64,000 nucleotides of DNA, from NCBI GenBank assembly GCA_040954595.2, contig CM082597.2, forward strand, positions 5,027,244 to 5,091,243, read 5' to 3'. A program made the position numbers and the translations under genes. Shown piece after piece: positions 1 to 12,997 of the stretch (its first letter is position 1; each line of letters opens with the position of its first letter). The notes under the pieces are model-generated. The model made no database searches. It saw only the letters and a program-made list of their open reading frames with translations, and had not been told where the DNA came from. This DNA is from Balanoglossus misakiensis (taxonomy: Eukaryota; Animalia; Hemichordata).

Positions 1-285
1 TGTTGTTTCATTCCTCCTCAAAGACAGAAGAGTTACAACACAAATGAATAAACATAAATACAGAAATAGACAAATAACAAAAAAGTACAATAGAACCATT
101 TTGCGTAGTTGTGGTACATATTCGCCAGAATGGCACTCATTTTGGAGGTCAGTCAGTGAGTGAGTGGATGAGTCAATCAATCAGTCAGTCAAACCCCTTA
201 GGAATAATTTCTCTGTTACAATCTCTCATATGTCGATTTGTATTCATAGTCCGTCAAAAGGTAAAAAAAAAAATGGAAAACTTAC

Positions 286-3200
286 GGACGCTACCGGCGG
301 TTAGGTCGCTTGCAGCACAGTAGGGATTGCACATCCTCTGAACCGATGTTAGGTCTCCGCTCGTGTAAGTAGCCGTAGTCTGCAGAACAGAGTAAACGTC
401 ACAGTTCAGATTGAGAATACAAGTATGCACGATTATCTAATTTGGTGAAACCGCATACCGAGGGGACATTGCATGTAAAATGAACACATTTTCGGATTGA
501 GAATACAAGTATGCACAATTATCTAATTTGGTGAAACCGCATACCGAGGGGACATTGCATGTAAAATGAACACATTTTCGGATCACTATCTGTAACTTCT
601 GGCTATGTGGTGCGTGTATCGGTTTGTGTATCAAGTAACTGTTTTGTTAGCTCCCTATAGTATCTCAAGATGCCCAGTTTTCTTTCGTCAACAGCTATGT
701 GTAAAACTGTGTGTACGAACAATAGTTAAAGGGACAAAGTCTCTCACTCGCTGCCCTTTTCCCATTATTTATGTTTGATACAAGACACTGTCCATTTTAT
801 TTTACATGTGGATATATTGTGAATCAACGTTCGACTACACACAACTTCCATCCCACCTGTAGTCACGAGAGTGAAAAACTCACCAAAATGAATAATCGGT
901 GTTTACTTTTATTCATTTTGTCGAGATTTTTACTCGCATGTCTTACACACGGGATGGAAGTTGTGTGTGGTCGAACGTTGATGCACTATATATCCACATG
1001 TAGAATAGCATAAACAGTGTCTTGTATCAAACATTATTAATGGAAAAGGGGCAGTGAGAGAGAGACTTTGTCCCTTTAATGTTGATAAATGCATTCCCGT
1101 CAGAACAATTGTTGAAGAATAACAATGCACCCATGGGCTGCGTTAAGAAGATTCGCGCTATGTATTTAACCCTACCTCAGTGAGATGAGATGAACAAGAA
1201 TTTAAACCATCGTTGTGTCACGCTCCTCAAAACAGTGATTATGCTCTTCCAGGGAATCGTGGAAAGTTTAACATTGTGAGCCTGAGAACTACGCAGGCAA
1301 GTTCACACCTTGGAAATTAAATTACCCACGTGTGTGGCTGAGCCCTTTGACATGACCATCTGTGGTCAATGTATTTGACACGTCTACCAGTGTTCACAAT
1401 TTTCCCGCCCAAAAAAAACTTGTCTACTTACAGAGCAGGAGGAGCATGTGGAAGTACCAGTGGTACTGTCGGGAGAACGACAGTTGTTCTCGCCTGGCCA
1501 GGTACAGGAATAGCATGAGTCACTGCCGCCTCCGTTGGAACCTAGAAGTGAGCAGGCGACAATGATGAGCAGGCGGGATTCTGCCGGCCGCACGATCGTC
1601 TTTTGCGCATGTGCAAAGTCCGCGTATACAAACATTTATATGTTCTGCAAATTTTGAGTTCGACGCATTCAAATAGTGGACTGCCTTCGCTGCTATCCGT
1701 ATTTAATTTTTCACTGTATCAGTGGACTTTCGTTTTGTCCGGCCTTCTGTTCACCCAATTTACGGTCTTTTCCTGATCCCCGACACAGACTATGGTCGCC
1801 GCCATCTTGCCTGTTGTTAGGACAGCAAAGTGCCTTATGGCATTGACTGTATAGAATTTTTGAAACCACAGTCTTTGATTTCGCCATAGACCATATAGTC
1901 TATGGTTTCGCACATGCGCATAAGACAATCGGTGGTTATTTAAAAACGCTTTAATGAGTAGAACAAGTAACAGTATTTGTTGAATAGAACAACAATAATA
2001 AAATTATCAACAAAATGCAGAGTTACTGTCTCTATAAAACGATTCTCACAACTTTTAAGGAGAATAAAGCATCTTCAAATTTCTATACCAAGATTGAGAA
2101 CTGTGCATATACCCTTTAGACCCTTAAGACATACTCGTTAGTACGTGTATTGGAGAAAACATCTAGTGAACATGTTAAAGTTGTCTGAAGGTTAAATACT
2201 TACCATCGAGTGATGACGAGTCGGCACTGTTGCATAGGCTAGTGCTGCAGCATTCAGTTTTAGTCCCTGCGTACGAAGAGATGTTTAAGTTGGGTTAGTA
2301 TTTGTTTATGAGATTATTGTCATTGGTCATTTTACAGCGAGAACTTGAGGGGTTCATTGGACTCGTCAACTGTCTCTTTGTGGGTGTCTCTGTCTCTCTC
2401 TCTCTGTCTGTCTCGCTCTGTCTCCCCTCCATCCCTTCCCCCTCTGTCCGTCTGTCTCTCTCTCTGTCTCTCTCTATCTGTCTCTTTCTTTCTCTGTGTG
2501 TCTCTGTCTCCCTTCTCCTCTCTCTGTCTGTCTGTCTCTCTCACTCACTCTCTCTCTCTTTCCCCCTCTCCTTGTCTCTGTATGTCTGTCTCTCCCCCCC
2601 CCTCGTTACGCACCTGTTCCAGAATAAAGTGCTTCTCCAGCGGAACACGAGGCGACACACGAGCGTGTAACGGTTGTCAGCGAGTTCAACAAAAATGTGG
2701 AAATCGTCTGCACGAGAATAAAACAAGACGTGTCATACAAAGCAATTGAAGAGAAATTACAAGAAACTTTATACGGCATGGGTACTCTACTGACACGGCA
2801 CAGTTTCCATCCATGATCCATGGCAATATTCAATACCACATTGTTTTACCACGCACAATGTTTCGTTGTTGCACTCAACCAATGACAGGAACTACTGTTT
2901 AAGGATTACAGATTGTTGGTATGAAACTCCGAACAAGCTTTTATTTATAGAATCGCCGGACTGTTCCCGGTGTACTCTGTGCAAGAAAGGTAATCTACGA
3001 CAATTTTGGCTCCCGTTGGCGGCACTTCACGACCGCCAGTTACGCGGGAAAGAGCCCGATAACGGTGAAAATAAACTGAGGGACAAATAGCCACAATCGA
3101 ATTTCAGTCACCTCTACACATGGTACCTAGGCTACTGTGCAAACTTTGAATTCAAGTCCGGACCAGAATTCATTTGTCAACAATAACAATGGCCGTTACA

Positions 3201-3784
3201 CACATGTCATATACAGGCTAGGTTGACAAGTGGAGTAATGGGTGTATTGCTATAAATACTGAAAATAGTGCCATAAGTTACAAGTAATATCTTTGAATTT
3301 ACCTGACACTGTCCGCTACAAGTATCCGTTGCGGTACCGGCGACTGGGCTAGAACAGGTGTCTGAACCTCCCAAAGATACCGAAACGCAGTTGTAACAAT
3401 CAACAGCCGATCCTTTGTCTGTGAATATGAAATAGTTAAAGACGGTGTAGTAGTGTCACTTTTGACTGAAACGGGAACAAATAGTTGTTCCAGGTGCTGG
3501 CAGAAGGTTTATAGAGGGCGGTATTCACAACCCATCCTTGGAACAGAGTTTGGTCTTGCGCTCTCACGAATTTGAACTCAAAGCCAGGCCAATGGTTAAA
3601 CACAGGCTATGTTATTGTCAACTTTCCGCCATTGCCCTCGCTTTGAGATCAAATCCATGTTGGCTGTGTGAGGGCGCTAGACTCAGGAGGAAAAGTGGGT
3701 ATGACCTGCGCAGTTCGCTGTGTACTTACCGAAGACTAGCGCCACCAAGAAGGCCAGGATCAAACTTTTCAATGCGGTATTCAT
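286..3784 (-). CDS. Ly6/uPAR (three-finger, LU-domain) protein with at least 2 tandem LU domains; 3' end lies off-window
   Basis: Phase-consistent GT-AG exons: 3784-3730 (signal peptide MNTALKSLILAFLVALVF), 3418-3303 (GSAVDCYNCVSVSLGGSDTCSSPVAGTATDTCSGQCQ), 2707-2614 (TISTF...RSCVASCSAGEALYSGT), 2266-2204 (TKTECCSTSLCNSADSSSLD), 1541-1432 (SCYSCTWPGENNCRSPDSTTGTSTCSSCS), 379-286 (TTATY...QRMCNPYCAASDLTAGSV). The first domain has the 10-Cys LU pattern ending CCxxxxCN. The ORF track largely misses this gene. Confidence 0.9.
409..582. repeat. Tandem duplication, 86-bp unit x2
   Basis: GATTGAGAATACAAGTATGCAC...AACACATTTTCG starts at 409 and again at 495, near-identical. Confidence 0.9.
730..1075. 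mobile_element. Foldback MITE, TTAA target site, AGGGAC termini (Kolobok/T2-type), family A copy 1
   Basis: TTAA(726-729)-AGGGACAAAGTCTCTC...GAGAGACTTTGTCCCT-TTAA(1076-1079); imperfect palindrome along its whole length; related copies at 23832-24170 and 60036-60070. Confidence 0.9.
2385..2603. repeat. (TC)n/(TCTG)n compound microsatellite
   Basis: Directly visible, intronic in the Ly6 gene. Confidence 0.95.
3148..3232. repeat. Dispersed repeat fragment shared with ~18690-18765
   Basis: AAGTCCGGACCAGAATTCATTTGTCAACAATAACAATGGCCGTTACACACAT...ACAGGCTAGGTTGACAAG closely matches 18696-18765. Confidence 0.75.
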
Positions 3785-6700
3785 TGTGACGGTTAGCTGT
3801 GTAGCAAAACAACAACAACCATTTAAAACCGTGCGAAGTTCAGGGTAGTTTTATAGTGTTACTTGGTTCTTGTCGTAAGAAAGAGTCGTTCAGCAAATGA
3901 ACGGTGCGCATGCATATTGGAATTTTCCATTCCCAACGGCGTCACCCATTTTCAGTGTATGACCTTAAATGTCGTTGGGTCATTACGTCACGGAATCCCG
4001 GTTTGCCAATAGCGTGACATTTGAAATGAAGAGAAAACATCGGAATTTTCCATTCACGGAAACTCTATATATACTTAACGGCATAACCCCGGAATTGAGA
4101 TATTTTTTTTTCGTGATATCAGCAATGCTTACGGAGACCCACCTCGAGTCCCATTTACAACAGACCGCTGCTTGTAACGTATACGTGCACGTTCTGTGCC
4201 AATCATTTAGGTTCACTTTACCTTATGATCAAGGTCAGTTCAATTAAAATAGAAAAAGGAGTCTAAAATCAACCAATGACGTCGACACTCAAGACATTGT
4301 GTGCAGAGGTGGGCATGGCAACATAAACCCCAATATTGATCGAGAACAATATACATGTACAAAGGCACTGTATTGTATGCCATTGTTAAGATAGTCAATG
4401 TGTATAATAGTGTTGTTCATTGAAAGGTAAGGCCGAATTTCATTTTAATGTGAATACAGCGCTGCTAAGATAGGACCATCGGTGCTGACACTATTTCAGG
4501 GCATGACGTGCGATATTTGGTGGACTTTCGATCGTTTTCAAGTTACTCTTTAGTACAATACATAGAAATGCGTGAAAATGCGGAAGAAGATCGAGAAATG
4601 GCGAATTAAAAACTGGAAACTGCTATACACTTCCCCGTTTTAACTTGTTTACAAACAGCTACTTGACTTTCGGTGTTATTGCGATAGTTTACAAAATACA
4701 TTTTACTGCTAATCAAGCTTGTCATCAAATGGATCTTAGACCTCAAGGTTAATGAATTAGTATACGGTCAAGGTGACATTTCTAGTTGACGATGATTGAC
4801 TGCGTCATTTGGCATTTTAAGACGTCGTTGTTTCAACGCATGGCTGTTATTACTCGACGTGCAACAGATTGGATATACATGAATATGCATATACCCGTAG
4901 CTTATAATGTGCCTTACGACGGGGCACCCGTATCCTTCTGCCCGTTGCTATGGGCCTTTATAGGACACTACACTCAATTTTGAACGAAACCGCTATGAAC
5001 GTCCGACAAGGGGCTTGTAACTAGTTGATCTAATTTGCAATTCAAAATGGCCACCAATATATGAGTTGATTATCAGGAGAAAACACTCTGTTTTCGTCTT
5101 TGATTTTTATAGGACTCGAATCACATTTTAATCAACCGAAGACTTTAAAGATAAGAGGGCAATCATTTTTCTGAAAATCTGAACCTAGGCGCGTCTTTAT
5201 GTATCGATACATAACAATTCCTCATGCGCCTACACGACATGTACTATGCAGTCACACGGCAGATCATTAGATATATAGGAACTATATTGTTATTCAATGA
5301 TAACTGATTCGCGTTATTTCCTCAATATGACTGTGTTTATTTGTATTGCCATAAAAAAATTATAGTATTTAGAAAACCGTAGCACGTACTATACCGATAG
5401 GCTTTGGCGTACACCGGAACCGTCATCTGTTGCACACGAACACCGACAACGTGTTGAGCGCCACACGGCTGTAAACCGACCTCATTTGTCACGCCACTAA
5501 GGGCCTCATTTAAGTGCGTCTACTCTCTACGCCAGACGATCAAAGTCATTCTGACCTTAGTGTACGCGGGAAGATGTTTTCCCAACCCTCGCTATGCAGT
5601 CTTGAATAATTTCTAGGTCAAGATGGCGTTATTCAAGATTCGTTTGATGTTCACAAACGCCTGAATAAACAAACAGACAGACAAACAAGCAAACTGTTGA
5701 CAGTAAATGAAAATTCTGTTGTCACGGGAGATACTACACACAGCTGTCGTTTTGTAAAAATAGATGCGCTCCTGAAACGCGACCGTATATGCCTGAGTTG
5801 TTGAAAATCCAGGGGCGTTAGTCTCCTGGAATTTTGTGGAGAATTGATGCGGCCGTTGATGCTGTAATAATATGTAAGACCGACACTGGAAAAGAGTAAC
5901 TTTCGATCGCGTACGTCTCCATGGCACCGCGAAAACGGCTCCATCGTGGTACACTTTCGATTAATTTATGAGTGCAAATTGTTAACGACAGGATCAGCAC
6001 GTCTACCATAGTGGTGTACTTACCTCGTGTTAGCGACAACCCTAGATGCGTCTACGTTGACTGTCCTCAATTAACTGTGCACTGCAGACACTGCGTGTAT
6101 CGAGCTGTGCGCAGACTTATATCGGAGTGGTCGCCCCTCTGTTGCTAAGCGCGTCACTTGTTTCTATGCACGTGACCTCCCATTAATCACACCACGGAGT
6201 TTCGTTTTTTTAACAGTGACAATCTGATTGTTTGTGAAAAGAGGCTTGGCAACGCGATAAAGCTCAAGCTGACAGCCATACAAAAGAAGAGAAAACGAAA
6301 ACTGAAGAATATATCCGTTGGTTGTAATCTTTCCGGCCGTTTCCCAGTTGCCAGGGAATGTATGGCGTCGTTGCTACTGGCAACATTCACACGGCGCAGG
6401 TACAGCTGAACATGTCGTTACATGTTGCTCTTTCAGATCAGTCAAGAGTAACCAAATCCACTCGCTCTTGCCATCACACAAATCTACTCTAGCCAATCAC
6501 ATGTATTGCCGCTGTCCTAAATCTGAAAATGATCGGTACAGGGACAGAAATAATATACCAAATCCCACATTGGTCCGTGACTGTATTACCCCATTCACAA
6601 CAATGGTTTCGTCAAACTCCAGTGTTGTAAATAGCAATAACGGACCACTGTACAAGGAAAGGGGAAAGGATAGATGTAAGCAGCCTTTTTGTAGAATTAG

Positions 6701-6972
6701 CATCCAAAGATTGAAAGTAGTAATATTGTGGTAAATATATTGCCAAGCCTGGTAAATATCTTGGATGTATACCATGATGATATACAATGTAGATCAAGAA
6801 TGGACTCTAGCAACAAGGCAAGATTTCTACCAAATTTTAGTTTTGTAATTTCCATTGGAATGTAGATTTCAATCATCTATTTACATCTCTTATTTGTTTT
6901 GCTTTTATGCATTATTTTCTATTTAAAATTCTGTGGAGTCTGTATATGGGATTTTGACTTTCATTTTCTTAG

Positions 6973-7013
6973 AAATAAATAAATAAACAAACAAACAAAC
7001 AAACAAAAACAAA

Positions 7014-7068
<55 letters not shown>

Positions 7069-7069
7069 A
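6973..7069. repeat. (AAAT)n/(AAAC)n microsatellite
   Basis: Directly visible. Confidence 0.95.
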
Positions 7070-9639
7070 CTTGAATCATTTTAACTCGTTGCAAACACGA
7101 GAGTATGGTATGCCAAATTAGACCGATTCAACAGATCGAATTGTGTGACACAATCGTTAAAACATTCAGTGTCTGTAAGGTGGTCTGTTTTTCAATTTTA
7201 GTCAGCCACAAGAACTGGAGTGCCAGTTTAGCAAACACCATGGCCAAGTTTACAATAAAAAGAGCCCTAAGTTGATTGAGTGCACAGCGCTTTGTACTGA
7301 ATACCGTATAGCTGTTTTTTGGCCCACAATAACTGATTGTGAAATGAAAGGTTGGGGTTGTCCGATTTTCTTTTCTGTACAGTGGTGCGTTTGCTGATTC
7401 ATCAAGTTCCAACGGCCAAGCGATTGATAAGAGTACAAAGCAAACACTGCCTTTCTATCAAAGTTCCAAGGGCAAGTGACCTTAGAATTGAGAGGGTCGT
7501 TCGAAGCATTCAGCGAACGCCACAGGGGATTGCTGACCCTCACCAGACAACAATGAAATACCCGACAATGGGTGACGTGCAGCGGTATATGCTATTTTTC
7601 CACGGCAGTATTGAGTAAGTATAAACAATTGCCATGGCAACATCTATATATATACAGTTCCCATTTTAGTCACATGGAAAGAAACTGGACAGTGCATTAC
7701 TTTTTTTCACGTGATTAACATGCAAATCATGAACCACCACGATCACTTGCGTCAGTGATCATGATTGGACAGAGTAATCTTAACAGGTGACGTCACCAAC
7801 ACATTGTAATTCGCTGGAAGACATCGCGCTGGGACAAACCAGCCAAGCCCACTACAACACATACGTCATAATAGAACCATTGACAAAAAAGTGCAAGCTT
7901 GGCAATCTGTCAGACCCCGAGGTCTCAGATCGGGGTCTCAGACAAAATGTATTCGGCATCAATTGTGGCTGCCTTAAATAGGTTTTCACTTTGCGCTAGG
8001 GGGTCAAATCCCATTGCATTCTGGTCGAAAAGTCGACAACCCACTGTAGTAAGAGATAGAAGAAATGATATGTTTACTGTATTTCATGACTTCCTTTGGT
8101 CAAACATGTCTGTCTTTGTAGTTACCATATTAAACTCATTAAACTTTTTCACATTTTGTTATTTTTTCTGTTAAAAAGTTTCAGAATTATCCATCATCAC
8201 TTTAGCTTATGAACTCCTATTCCTTAAACATGGCAAAAATCGGCCATCTTGAAATTGTGTCGACCATGTGAGATTTTTATCACCCACCTAGGTAGCCAAA
8301 AACCTATTTAAGGTCGGGAGAATTGCCAGGCTACACAGCAAATTTGGGGAGAGACATCTAAAAAATTAAATGTTAAATTTCAAGACATAATCGGAGGGTT
8401 GAATCGATGTGAGCATGTTTCTGAAATAAATAAACAAATAGGTGCTAGAATCTAAACTTTTTATGTCGATTTTCACAATTATGAACAACCTTCAATCTTT
8501 CATAAACCCAAGTTGCCAACCCACCAGTAAAATCGTCAGCAATTAATAATTTTCGAGTACTAGTTTGTCCACATCTGTTTGTATACTTTGGACGGTATTT
8601 GCGCAGAACCACGGAGAAAATTGTTAACGTACCAGTTAAAAATAGAGTGGAATTGAAAACCAGTGGTGAGTCTCGTAACAAGTTATTGCAATTTTGCACA
8701 TTCGCATTCTTTAGCAAAGCACGACATGGGAGTATATTCTGTCCTCCGCGGGTTATTGCACAATCCGAAGAAAGGCAAGCGCTGACTCTTTAAAAAGAAG
8801 CTATTTTTGGATAATTTTTAAAATAACGACGCGGTTTGATTCTCCTTGCCATTCATGTGTTTTGGCCCTTCGGTCAGGACCCGACCTACTTTCGCTTTGA
8901 TGTGTGACGTCTTGTTTGTCACAAGTTTGTTAGCTTATGAGTAAATGTCTTAATGGCCTCTCTCTGCCTTTTCAATCACGCCCAAAGCAGCAGGCATTAT
9001 TCAAAATGAGATCACAGTCCAGTAAAACAACCCACATTGAATAAACACAGCAAAAAAATGTCCGGATATGACCAGACTTGTGGCAAAGTATATATACAAA
9101 TCAAATGAAAACTTTACCTACGGTTTAATCTCTCTATATGCAAATTCATGTAAAATAAGTGAAAACATATGCAAATATGAAGTAAAACATGCAAATACGA
9201 CTCTGACTATTTCCATGTCCTTTTTTTCCAGCGACATACAGTTTCAACGTTTCATTACTAGGACAGCTTATTCGCCGTCGGGTTATCTTTCATCTGCTGA
9301 AGAGTTTCCCACGATTTATGAGTTTGATGACAGAAAATAAATTGTTAGGATTCTTAGACGTGTCATTTAAATTCCTCCCAGATTTAATGCGCAGTAGCCT
9401 CTCACTGAAGTCAATCGGAACTACTGCACCGGTTGCAATGAATTCATGTACTGGTGTTGTATTCAGTCACGGTGACCTTTGCACGTGTCGACAACACGTC
9501 ACTGCTCACTGAGCATATTTACACCTTCAGACATCTGCCACTGTAATCTAGCGCCATCGCGTGGTGTAAACTAGAACTCTACCAGCTTACACGCTGCATA
9601 GTGTGACCACCAGCTGAAGTAAAGTGTAACGGAAATTAT

Positions 9640-10197
9640 GAGGTCCCAAAAAATGTCAAGCTTTAGTGAATAATGAGCCTTCGACCTAACAGACAACTCA
9701 ACGGTAGTGTAAACGTAGCACGATCGAGCCTTGACGGCGTAGACCGGTCCGTTACAAGTCCTGTGCACGGCAGAACGTGCGCTACGTGATGTGCTGAAAA
9801 GACCGACCGACCGACCGACCTGAGCGTTGCGCACACACAATTACCAAGAAAAACCTCGGAATTACGATCCGTAGACAACTAAAACTCTCAGAGGTTACAG
9901 AGAAAGTGTTCCCACAAACGTGGAGAAGGGTTTGAACGAAAATATAAGAAAGATAGAGGTAAAGTACGAATTCAGATGACTACAACCGAGAGCATGATCT
10001 TCACAGTTCAACCGCCATGTCTCGTCTGCCGTTGATGCCGAGGGGAGTCACTTTATATGCAACCAGCCCACGTGATACAAGCTCCGCCCCCAATAGTGGA
10101 AAATAGTTTCTCCTGCTATAGGGTAGCCCAGTCTGAGAATCAGGAAAAAGTCGTATTTCTTGAGATGCGAGTCTTGTACGTGTACGGCATTTGACCT
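9640..10197. repeat. ~550-bp direct repeat, copy 1 (copy 2 at ~10998-11565)
   Basis: TGTCAAGCTTTAG...GAGCCTTGACGGCGTAGACCGGTCCGTTACAAGTCC...GACCGACCGACCTGAGCGTTGC...CCCACGTGATACAAGCTCCGCCCCCAAT...TTGACCTA occurs twice with high identity. Confidence 0.9.
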
Positions 10198-10454
10198 ACC
10201 ATTTGACCTACCATTACCATAACAATGTATTGAAAGTTGTTTTGTAGCATGTTGCTCGAATTTTGATTTTATGAATATACAGAAAGAATTATTTTTGCTT
10301 GGATTTTATTCATCTTCTGATCTGAAATATGTACATTGTAGGCTTATAAACGTTGTTATATTGTAATAATCAAAAACACATGAGCATATTCCAGTCAATT
10401 ATATAAAATTAAAGTTCTGATATCTGCTCAAAGCTTCATGCCGGTAAATAATAT

Positions 10455-10585
10455 TGTAGCGAAAATAAAGTCGGACTGACTTGCCATCTGCAGACTTCCA
10501 CAACTTATACATGATACCATCATACACACGAAACAGGTCATACTGAGACAATAAGCATTTAATATGGGGGACCTGTGAAAAATGA
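10455..10585 (-). mobile_element. Probable Gypsy-like LTR retrotransposon pol fragment
   Basis: LLSQYDLFRVYDGIMYKLWKSADGKSVRL resembles the linker just upstream of the Gypsy integrase zinc finger (QWxxLxxxDGVLYRxWESxDG); short and degenerate. Confidence 0.5.
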
Positions 10586-10997
10586 AGTTGGATCGCTTTA
10601 ATTCTGCACTTCATCCCTTCACTTCCCCATCAGGTGACATTAGTGGTGGCACATCCATAAAGTCATACAGGTTTATGCTCTCAAGGCCCGATCGTGCTAC
10701 GTTTACGCGACCGTTGAGTTATGAACATTGGACGCCTCCACAGACCGACCTGGAGTTTCACCAACTCCTGTTTGTTCATCTGGCGGGAAACTGATTTCAC
10801 CGTCGACAGAATTCTCCACTGTGCCACAGTGCGAGGTAAAAAAATTGATATCGCTATTCAACAATATAGCAACAATGTATACGAACAATGGAAGCAACAC
10901 CCAAGGAAAGTCTACAGCTGCAAAATGCAGACAGAATGACTCCGCAGCACAAATCTTGTCTCGCAATCCCACCAATTTAACAGAAATTCCCACGGAC

Positions 10998-11565
10998 TGA
11001 GGCCCCAAATTTGTCAAGCTTTAGCGAATGACGGACCTTGGACCTAACAGGCAACTCAGCGGTCGCGTAAACGTAACACGGTCGAGCCTTGACGGCGTAG
11101 ACCGGTCCGTTACAAGTCCCGGTTCGATATACCCTGTGCACGGCAGAACGTGCGCTATGAGATGTGCTGAAAAGACCGACCGACCGACCTGAGCGTTGCT
11201 CTCACACAAATACCAAGAAAAACCTCGGAATTACGATCCGTAGACAACTAAAACTCTCAGAGGTTACAGACAAAGTGTTCCCACAAACGTGGAGAAGGGT
11301 TTGAGAGAAAATATAAGAAAGATAGAGGTAAAGTACGAATTCAGCTGACTACAACCGAGAGCATGGTCCTCACAGCTCAACCGCCATGTCTCGTCTGCCG
11401 TGGATGTCGAGGGGAGTCACTATATTATATGCAACCAGCCCACGTGATACAAGCTCCGCCCCAATTATGGAGAATTGACAGTTTCTCCTATAGGGTTTCT
11501 CAGTCTGAGAATCAGGAGAAAGTCGCATTTCTTGAGATACGAGTCTTGTGTGCGGCGTTGACCTA
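10998..11565. repeat. ~550-bp direct repeat, copy 2
   Basis: Matches 9640-10197, with an extra short insert (GGTTCGATATACCC). Confidence 0.9.
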
Positions 11566-11804
11566 GCAATTCCGTGGCAATAGTTATGGTGTGGTTATGC
11601 GATTGCATTGTGGCTTGTTCCGGGTTGTGTTACAAATAAGTTACAAAAATAGACTATGTCACGTAACTTCAGAAAAAAAAATTATTGAAAAGGTTTAATA
11701 TACCAATAGCTCAGAATTACATTTGAACGAACCCTATTTTCGAGAAAGGGAAAATGTAAAAAGAGAATGGTTAAAAATAAGTCACTTTTTCTGTATGTAA
11801 CGTA

Positions 11805-11903
11805 ATGTATGTATGTATGTATGTATGTATGTATGTATGTATGTATGTATGTATGTATGTATGTATGTATGTATGTATGTATGTATGTATGTATGTATGT
11901 ATG
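11805..11903. repeat. (ATGT)n microsatellite
   Basis: Directly visible. Confidence 0.97.
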
Positions 11904-12093
11904 CTTTATACATGCATGTTGCATGCATGCTTGAACATAACTCTCTTGATTACATTAAATAAGTCCTATTAACAACATAAGTTCCAATTCTGACAATCCC
12001 ATGTGCAATTAGAAATGTTTAACATGAAAGATTTGCAAAATCACAAGGCATATTGTGGTAACTTCCAACGCCAGTCACTTTTACGGCGCCCTG

Positions 12094-12961
12094 TTATACC
12101 GTTGCTATGGCAGCCATTAAAGACACACATACAACGATAATAGACGAGGTCGTCAAGGAAACCCCTGAAAAATCAGCATCGTTGCAGTTATCGGTGTTAC
12201 AACAGCCTATGATGTCACCTGAAAGAAAATAGTGTCTTTATTAGTCTAACTGCATGTACCATCTGAAGACAAGTTTGCAATTTGAATACAGTTCTATTCA
12301 AAGATTCATGATCTTGGCCGTTTTACCAGAAGATAGATAATCTCAGGTAGATATTAGCTGGGCTATCAACTAGCAATGGTGAGTTCCTGAAAAACCCAGA
12401 TATCCTGCTATTTAGGGTATGATCTTTCATTATTACCCGGTAGAGCCGGCCATAGTTTTAATGTTGGTGAACAAATTGACATTTTTTTGTATTCATAATG
12501 GGTGGAGATTAAAGAATCAAGAAGGGACAATAAAGCTCCCTAGATGAAGTATAGTCAAAATGAATAACTTGCAAGTGGACGGGGACGCAACGTTGCCGTG
12601 CAACACGTGAATCATAGCAGATAAAAACAATGTCTTTGTTGTTCATCAGACCGAAAGTACAGCATCCAAAGGAACTCCAATATATTTAAGCCTTTCACCC
12701 AAGTTCCCTCTTTAGAGGTCCAACCTTACCATAGAAAACGTAGGGTTTGGACTGAACCATGGCGGCGAAAGGGGTAGGCATACTACAATTTGGACAGGGT
12801 GACTCACCTGTACCCCAGAACCTGCCGTCTCCTGCAGAGCAAGAACTTGAACACTCGCGCTGAACAAGGATAAATGCTGAAGCCAGATACGATCGTTTGG
12901 TCTGCAAAACGAGAAGGATAATATCATCATGATCATCATCATCATGATCATCATCATCATC

Positions 12962-12997
<36 letters not shown>

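Noticed and set aside
2302-2749. Plus-strand SL-rich and minus-strand RE-rich ORFs
   Set aside because: (TC)n microsatellite artefacts; the only real coding part is the minus-strand Ly6 exon 2707-2614.
9640-11565. Intact LTR retrotransposon
   Set aside because: Homology extends past the apparent TG start; no CA end, PBS, PPT or TSD identified; the internal region is only ~800 bp.
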